Assembly (NCBI RefSeq): GCF_011386835.1
Contig: NC_088807.1
Span: forward strand, 19,406,139-19,470,000
Reading direction: 5' to 3'
Source: Chrysemys picta bellii
Lineage: Eukaryota
Length of the DNA: 63,862 nucleotides
Position numbers and translations under genes: made by a program. Shown here piece after piece: positions 12,401-21,400 of this stretch. Each line of letters starts with the position of its first letter. Positions within the stretch are counted from its first letter, which is position 1. The notes below the pieces were generated by a model. The model searched no databases and was not told the origin of the DNA. It saw only the letters and a program-made list of their open reading frames with translations.

Positions 12401-15400
12401 TGTGGTGCATCCTTCTGGGTGTTGTCTTAATGCTGCCACATTTATTTTCAAAGAAGGTGTTTTCAAAAGAAGGTGCTCGCTTCTAACTCCCAAGGCCCTC
12501 AGTATGTCGGATCTTCTTTAATGAGCCCACTTGACAAGTTTTATTGTTCTTGGGTCTGGCTTCCATCCCCTCTCCAACTGTTGCAGCTGTCTGGAGGTGC
12601 TGCCTTCCAGGCCTTACCCATTCACACCTCGTTCATTCAACAGGGCAATTGATTAAAAGGGGGCAGATATTATTCTACTAGCGAAAAGACAGTTTTCTTC
12701 TACCTTAACTATCCTTAGGGGCTATAACATTATACCAAGGCTCAATACAAAGGGTACGTCCAGACTACCCGCCGTATCGGCGGGTAGCGATCGATTTATC
12801 AAGGATCGATATATTGCGTCTCGTTAACACGCGATATATCGATCCCCGAACGCGCTCACCGTCGACTCCGGAACTTCACCAGAACGAGCGGCGGTAACAG
12901 AGTCGACGGGGGAGCCGCGGCCATCAATCCCGCGCCGTGTGGACCCAAGGTAAATCTATCTAGATACTTCGACTTCACTACGCTATTCACGTAGCTGAAG
13001 TTGCGTATCTTAGATCGATTTCCCCCCACCCCAGTGTAGACCAGCCCAAAGTTTCTATATAAGGATTTGGTACAAAGTTCCCATATCAAAGGACTTGATA
13101 TAAAGTTGTATGAAAATGGAGGTTATATGTGGAAAGACTTGATACACCTCTACCCCGATATAACGCTGTCCTCAGGAGCCAAAAAAATCTTACCACGTTA
13201 TAGGTGAAACCGCGTTATATCCAACTTCCTTTGATTCACCGGAGTGCGCAGCCCACTCTCCCCCCCCCCCCCCCCCCCCCGGAGCGCTGCTTTACCATGT
13301 TATATCCAAATTCGTGTTCTACTGGGTCGTGTTCTAGCGGGGTAGAGGTGTACAAGGTTGTATGAAGAGGCATAATACAAAAGTCATATGAAAATGATGA
13401 AAACGATACGCAGTTACGCAAAGATGCTTAATGCGGAGATTTATCTACAGGGGCAGGGTACGGCCGGGCATGTGCCCAGGAGTGGGGGTTCCTGCTGTGT
13501 GTGTAGGGGGGAATTGGGGCACAACAGAGATTATGGGGTGTGGGGAGGCTGTTCCTCGTGGTGGGCAGCATGTGGGGTGCTCTCCTGGGCCCTGTCCCTG
13601 CTCTGGGGACGCCCGAGGACTCAGGCCCGGGGGCTGCCGAACGGCCCCTCGTCCCCAGCGCTGGGTGCATACGCACAGAGTGCCCCATGGCGGGGGGGCT
13701 CTCAGCGTGCGCAGGCTCTCACAGCCCCCCTATCCCCCCCGTCTCGTGGCAGGCTTGGCCGAGGTCTCGGCCTGGGTGCGGGACGTGCTCGGCCGTTTCC
13801 CGCTGGGGCTGAAGGTGGGCAAGCTGAAGAAGGCGCTGTGGAGCGAGCGCGGGCTGGACCTGGAGGAGCTGAGCCGTCAGCGGGGCTGCGGGGACGCCCT
13901 GCACCTGCTCCGGGCTCTGCCCCACGTCTGGCTGCAGGACCTGGGCCAGGGCGACGCCTGCCTGGCCCAGCTGGACGCGGGTAGGTGGGCAAGCGGCTGG
14001 GGGGGACAGCTAGGGCCGTGGAAGCTGGGGGAGTACGTGGCTGGGAGGGGGGCTCTGGTCCATGTGGGAGGGGGTAGGGTACGGCTGGGCATGTTCTCGG
14101 GGGGTGGGGAGGGGGGAGGCATGGCTGGGCATGTGCCCAGGGAGTGGGGGTTCCTGGTGGTGGGGGGTTAGCAGGGCACAACGGAGATTATGGGGTGTGG
14201 GGAGGCTGTTCCTGGTGGTGGGAGGCATAGGTGGGCCTGTTGCAGGGCAGGGGGCTGTGCCCGGGGGTGGGGAGCTAGGGGAGGGGAGGGGAGAGGGGGA
14301 CATGCCCAGTGGCAGGAGCTGGGGGAGGGGAGGGGGACGTGCCCGCTGGTGGGAGGGGGATGTGTGGGGGCCGGGTGTACATGTCTTTTCACTCCCACTG
14401 AGGTGCTCTTGTATCTTCTCCCCTCCTTTAGGTGAGGCTGTGACGCCCCCTGCCCCACAGCCCCCCCCAGACCCCACTCCCCCATCGGCCCGGCCCAGCA
14501 GCAGCCCCCCGCCCGATGCCCCTGCCGACGGGGGGCCAACGGGAGCCCCGGGGGAGACGCCCGGTGAGCAGCTCAGCCGGCTTCTCAGTGTGGCCGCCGC
14601 GTGTGGGGCGTGAGCCTGGGCGGGGAGGACTCAGCCCAAGCCAGGCCCCCCCAATGCCACCCCCCCATCGCCCCATAGCCTGAGCTCCCATTTGCCCCCC
14701 TGGGGAATGGTTCTGTGGGGCTCGGCGGCTGGTCTCTTTCCCTCGCCCATCTCTGGGTGGGCTATGGGGCAGGGCATGTTGGAGGGAGATGGGTGGGGGG
14801 CGTTGGGGGGTGTGTCTGTAGGGCTGTTTTGGCGGGGGCCAGGTATGTGGCACCATTGCCATTTGTGGGGAAAATCTTTGGGAGGCTGTCTGGTTTATGT
14901 TGATGCGGGGGCCTGAGAGGGGGCTGGGGTTGGAGGGAGCCTGTGGCCGGGGTACAGGGGCTGGCTGGGGGGGGGGATACTGGCAGCGGACTGTGAGTAG
15001 TGGGGGGCAGCATGTGGGGTGCTCTCCTGGGCCCTGCCCCCGCTCTGGGGACGCCCGAGGACTCAGGCCCGTGGGGGCTGCCGAACGGCCCCTCGTCCCC
15101 AGCGCTGGGTGCACATGCACAGAGTGCCCCATGACGGGGGGGCTCTCAGCGTGCGCAGGCTCTCACAGCCCCCCCATCCCCCCGTCTCGTGGCAGGCTTG
15201 GCCGAGGTCTCGGCCTGGGTGCGGGACGTGCTGGGCCGTTTCCCGCTGGGGCTGAAGGTGGGCAAGCTGAAGGAGGCGCTGCGGAGCGAGCGCGGGCTGG
15301 ACCTGGAGGAGCTGAGCCGTCAGCGGGGCTGCGGGGACGCCCTGCACCTGCTCCGGGCTCTGCCCCACATCTGGCTGCAGGACCCGGGCAAGGGCGACGC

Positions 15401-18400
15401 CTGCCTGGCCCGGCTGGACGCGGGTAGGTGGGCAAGCGGCCGGGGGGGTGCCGGGCAGCTGGGCCTATGGCGGGAGATGCAGCTGGGGCCCTGCCCGGTG
15501 TGAAAGGTCGGGGAGGACACAGCTGCGAGGGGCTGTGCTCGGGGGGGATAGAGGGGCACGGCTGGGCATGTGCCTATGGGGGGGCAGGGTACAGCTGGGC
15601 ATGTGCCCGGGGGGGTAAGGGTTCCTGGGGGCGGGGTTGCAGGGCACAGCTGGGGTTAGGGGCTGTGAGGAGGCCATGCTGGGCAGGGGGATGCATGGGT
15701 GGGCCTGCCCCGGGGCGGGGGGCCCTGTGCCTGCTGGCCGGAGGTGGACCCGTGGGGGCCTCGCGTCCCCCCCATTGAGGGGCTGTTTTGTGTCTTTTCC
15801 CCTCCTCTTCAGATGCTGCTGTTAATGCCCCTGCGCTCCCCGCCCCCTCCCATCCTGCCAAAGCGGGGGGGCCGGGTGCCGCGGGCCCAGCGAAGCGGAC
15901 GCAGAGCCAGCGTCGGGTGGCAAAGCCCGGCGCGATGGAGGCGTTGATCCGGGGCGCCCTGGCCCCCTACCCCTTTGGCATGCGGGTGAAGAACCTGCGG
16001 AAGCTGCTGGTGGGGAAACATGGAGCCGAGCTGGAGGCCTTCAGCCAGGCCAGAGGCTACGGGGACGTGGTCTCCTTCCTGCGGGATGTCCCCGGACTCA
16101 CGCTCCGGGGCCCAGAGAAGGGCAACAACTGCATCGTGTGGCTCCAGAGAGGTAGGGAGTGTGGCCCAGAGCGAAGCTCAGAACCCAGGAGTCCTGGCTC
16201 CCAGCCCCCCTGCTGTAACCACTAGCCCCCACTCCTCTCTCAGAGCCGGGGATAGAACCCAGGAGTCCTGGCTCCCAGCCCCCCTGCTGTAACCACTAGC
16301 CCCCACTCCTCTCTCAGAGCCGGGGATAGAACCCAGGAGTCCTGGCTCCCAGCCCCCCTGCTGTAACCACTAGCCCCCACTCCTCTCTGAGTCGGGGATA
16401 GAACCCAGGAGTCCTGGCTCCCAGCCTCCCCTGCTCTAACCACGAGGAATCTGCCATTACCAGCCCTGTGGGGTTAAAGGCCAAAGGGCAGAAAAATGTG
16501 ACACCAACCTGGGACCCTGACTCGCTCCACTCTGCCCTGTCACCCCTTTCCCCGTCCCACAAACGACCCCTGGCAGGCCGAGGGGGGAGGCGGGCTGTCA
16601 TTTCGGGGTGGGCAGTGAAGGCCCCATTCTGCCCTCTCCAGGGTCCCCGCATCCCCACGCAGCTTCCTGTCCCGGGAAAACAGCTGCCGGCATCCCCCAG
16701 GAGCCAGGGGTGGCCGACAGCTGGGACGCCGCTGACTGGGACCCAGAGTCTGCTGCTGCGCCGGAGAGAAGTAGGGTGACCAGATAGCAAATGTGAAAAA
16801 TCAGGAAACTTTTGGAGAGGGGAGGGTAAAACCCCTAATATTGGGATGTCTGGGCACCCTAGAGAGAAGTGAGGGGGCTGTGCTGAGCGGGGGGGAGTAA
16901 CCCATAGGGCTGCGTTGCCTTTGTTATATTCACCTGTAACCTACAGGCCCGTATCCCGTAGAGAAACGGCCCCACACTTGCCTCTAAGCTGCCGTGGCAG
17001 GAACAGGGAAGTGGTAACCGCAAAACCCGTTGGAGCCAGGGGTGACTGGTGCGGTGATGAATTAAAATGCCATCAGCCCGGTCCCTCCCCTCCCCTCCCC
17101 TCTCCTCCCATAGCCAGATTTCACGGGGCAGGTCTGATTTCACGGTCCATGACACGTTTTTCACGGCTGTGAATATGGCAGGGCCCCACCTATCGGATAA
17201 GTGCACCCGAGGAGAAGGGTGAGGAAGTTAGATTTGGGCACGGAAGGCCGAGCACTTGAATGAATCCTAGAACTGGCAGGGACCTCGAGAGATCATCTAG
17301 TCCAGTCCCCTGCACTCATGGCAGGACTAAGTATTATCTGACCATCCCTGACAGGTGTTTGTCTAACCTGCTATCAAGGTCAATTCCCCACTCTGGCACT
17401 TCAGGTGCAGAAAGTGGGGGCCGGCAAGGATTCAAACAATTAACACTGGCCACTCCAGACTTGTATTAAACTCCCAAGGTTCCAGCTTCTCTCTGACTTT
17501 GGCTGGGTAGATGCTGCCACCACCCAAATGCAAACCCCTTGAAACCCAGGAAGGTGCATTTGAGAATTCCTTCTCATGGGGTACCCTCAAGTCCTTTCAC
17601 CTCCCCCCCCCCCCCCCGGGGAAGAGCTGAGAAAGGAAATCAGCTGTTGCCACCAGCTAATTAAATAACATGCGCACAAACCTCTTAGGACACCAAAAAT
17701 CCAATCCTGTTCTTAAAAAGGGTAAATTTTATTAAAAACAAAAAGAAAGAAAATACATCTGGGAACTCAGGCTTTTGCCAGATTTAAATAACCCACTTAC
17801 AAAATTTAAACACCAAGAATAGCCTTCTTGAGGTGCAGCTTAAAGGTCACAAGCAAAACAAAACACATTTGGGTTTAGCACAGAGGAGTCCACAAGCCAA
17901 TAAGAAATAACCCTAATCGCGTCTTCCTAGACATTCCCTAATTTACTTACATTTCTGGGGTTTCAGGTAAGCAATCTTTAGGTATGATCTGATGGTTTTT
18001 CATACCTGGTTTAAAGCTTCTCACAGCATAACTGCTTCCTGTTCCCCTCTTTCCCGGAGAAACACAACAGGGACAAAGGGAAGTCTTTTCCCAATTTTAA
18101 AACGTTCTAGCCTCCCATTGGCTCCTTTTACCTGCGGGCTTGTTAACCCTTTACAGGAAAAGTAGGTAGAGAACAACCACGAAGAGGGATTCCACAGCCA
18201 ACTGGCTGGCTGGGTGTCTACAAAAGGGAACTACCTCCTCCTCCCTCATTTATCACACCTGCTCTGAAAAACTTCCAATGATGCTGATTCCACAACCTCC
18301 CTGGGCAATTTATTCCAGTGCTTAACCACCCTGACAGGAAGTTTTTCCTAATGTCCAACCTAAACCGCCCTTGCTGTAATTTAAGCCCATTGCTTCTCAG

Positions 18401-21400
18401 GGGTTAATGCGAATTTTCTCCCTCCTCTTTGTAACAGCCTTTTATGGACTTGAAAACTTATCACCTCCTCTCTGTTTTCTTTTCTCCAGACTAAACAAAC
18501 CCGTGGTTTTTTCAATCTTCCCTCATAGCTCATGTTTTCTAGACCTGAATCATTTTTGTCGCTCCTCTTTGGACTTTCTCCAGTTTGTCCACAACTTTCC
18601 TGAAATGTGGCACCCAGAACTGGACCCAATACTCCAGTTGAGGCCTAATCATTGCAGAGTAGAGCGGAAGAATTATTTCTCGTGTCTTGCTTACGACACT
18701 CCTGCTAATACAGCCAAGAATGATGTTTGGTTTTTTTGCAACAGCGTGACACTGTTGACTGGTATTTAGCTTGTGATCCACCATGACCCCCAGATCCCTT
18801 TCTGCAGTACTCCTTCCTAGGCCATCATTTCCCAGTTTGTATGTGTGCAACTGATTGGTCCTTCCTAAGTGGAGCGCTTTGCAGGGTCCTTATTGAATTT
18901 CATCCTATTGACTTCAGACCATTTCTCCCGTTTGTCCAGATCATTTTGAATTTTAGTCCTGTCCCCCAAAGCGCTCACAACCCCTCGAAGGGTTATTCAT
19001 GATAGCATTCGGGCCCTGTAATAGGGCCAACCACCGTGTGGAGGGGGCTAGCTGGCCGTCACTTGAGCCACCTTCTCTATTGTTATCTGCTGTCCCTCTT
19101 GAGCGTTGAGGAACCTGGACCATCAGACCTTTGTCTCTGCCCACCAGGCCCTCGAGGAAGGGTGTGAGCATGCAGATTTAGTAGGTACTCCAGATATCTC
19201 CAATACTGTATTGTTCCTCTCTCGTTATGAGCTTTTCTGGCTTTATTGCTGATCTTAATCAAAATCGCCACGGCTTTGCTTTGCCTCCGGTGCGCGTGTC
19301 CTTGCCAGACACCCCGAGGTTCCCACCAAGATTTCGAACTCCTTGGTATTAGCCTGATTCTGGGACAAGAACCTTATTCCCACTGGATCAGTTGGCCATC
19401 AGTACAAGTATTGTTAACGATGAATAGGATCGGGCGACGCTCCCTGCCCGGGTGTGTATGACGGGCCAAACCGATCACCCCGGATCCCGGAGTTGGGGGG
19501 GTGCGGATCCGAATGGGCCAGAATCCAGGGAATAGCTAGAGGCCAGTGAGAGGATGTGTAGGGGCTGCCCCCTAGTGGAGGGTGGGGGAATTGTAGCCTG
19601 TGTGCTGGAAGAAGTGGGGTGTAGCTGTTTTTTCCCGCCCCCCCACACCTAGGACATAGGAAACTCAGATTCATCCCTTCCCCTGGAGCCAGCCATTCCC
19701 TGCCCTGGGGCCAGGTGGGAGCTGGTGCCCCCAGAGGGGAAAAGGCCCCATTCCCCACCCCTGACCTTGGCGATCTTCCTTCCCTCGGCCTCTGTGCAGG
19801 TGCGACTGAGGTCCTGACGCTGCTCAAGTGCTTGCTACGCCCATACAAGTCTGGCCTGCAGCTGCAGAAGCTGCAGGAGTTGCTGCTGGAGAGACACGGG
19901 CTGGATCTGAAGCGGTTTGTCAGCTCCCAGGGCGAGGAGGACGTGCTCGGATTCCTGCAGAGGCGCCTGCCCGCGCTGGAGTACAGGCAGCCGGAGAAGG
20001 GAGCGAAGTGTATCGTCTGGCTGGGGACAGGTACGATGGGGTGTGTGTGGGGGGGAGAACGGGACAATAAATCCCACTCAGAGCTGGGAACAGAACCCAA
20101 GAGTCCTGGCTCATAGCCCCCTGCTCAAACCACTAGGCCCCACTCCCCTCCCAGAACAGGGGAGAGAACCCAGGAGTCCTGACTCCTCCTGGACTGGCTG
20201 TCAGAACTCCATTCCACAGGCCAGAGCCCTGCCCCCAGCTCTCCATGGGGCCATTGCGGGTAGCTGAGACCTGGATTCCTTATTGTCTGACTCTCCGGCT
20301 GTGGGGCAGGCCGCGGGGTTCCCCCCCCAACTCACCCATGGCATAAACCCGCCTTTGCTCCCGTGCATCGTGGGAAAAGTCCAGGCGGGTCCAGAGCGGG
20401 ATACAGGCAGAGCGGTAGCTGCCGTGCATGCTGGGGGATGCCACGTGCCTGTTACCCACCCTGACGGCAGTTTTCCCCCCCCTCCCCCCAGGGCAGAAGA
20501 AAGGCTCTGGATCTTTGCCCCCTGGCAGTGCCCGCCCCTTGCCTGGCTCCAAGAGGTGCCTCCTCCCAACGAATGCCGCGGAGCGCCCGCCCCAACCCGC
20601 CACCGCCTGCCTCAACCCCCGGCTGCCCAGTGCTACCACCAACCGGCCTCTGCTTCCCAGCCTGCCTTCGGCCCGGGAGCCCTTCCGGGCCCCTGCCGCC
20701 CAGGGAAAGCTGGGAAAGTCCCCAGGGGCCAACCCCCGCCTCCCAGCCTGGTTACGGAGCCCACCCCGGCCCACCGGCACCTGCTCAGGCCTACGAACAG
20801 AGGAGGGGACCCACGAGTCCAGGACCAGGCCTGCCAGCGCCCCCTTGGTTCTGCGAGCAGAGGAGGGGACTCAGGAGTTCGGGGCCAGGCCTGCCAGCGC
20901 TCCCTTGGCCCTGCGAGCAGAGGAGGGGATCCAGGAGTCCGGGGCCAGGCAGGCCAGCGCCCCCTTGGTTCTGCAAGCAGAGGAGGGGACCCAGGAGTCC
21001 AGGGCCCAGCCCCCTGAGGACCTGAGGGAGCTGAAGCGGAAGGTGGGGGCCATCCTGGCCGGGCACCCCGGGGGCATGTCCCTCTTCCAGTTCCGTGCCG
21101 CGTACAGCGCCGCCCACCAGCACCCGCTGCCCCTGGGCTGCACGGCCTCCACCAAGCAGCGGCTGGCGCAGATGCCTGACGTGGTGAGGATGCAGGGCTG
21201 CGGGGTGCAGATGCTGCTGCTGCCAGTGGACCCCGACGGACCCCCCAGGGCAGAGCCTGGTACGTAACGGGGGGTTGGGGGGACAGCTGCCTTGCAAGGT
21301 GTGGGGGAGATATTAAGGGGCTGGGCTGGGTCCCCCCCAAGGGATGTGTGATTGGGGGGGGGAGGTCAGGCTGGGTCCCCTAAAGGGGTTGATGGGGCTT

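Noticed and set aside
10460-15861. Many overlapping 100-300-aa Pro/Gly-rich ORFs on both strands
   Set aside because: Expected by chance in very GC-rich, low-complexity introns. Only the splice-site-bounded segments were kept.
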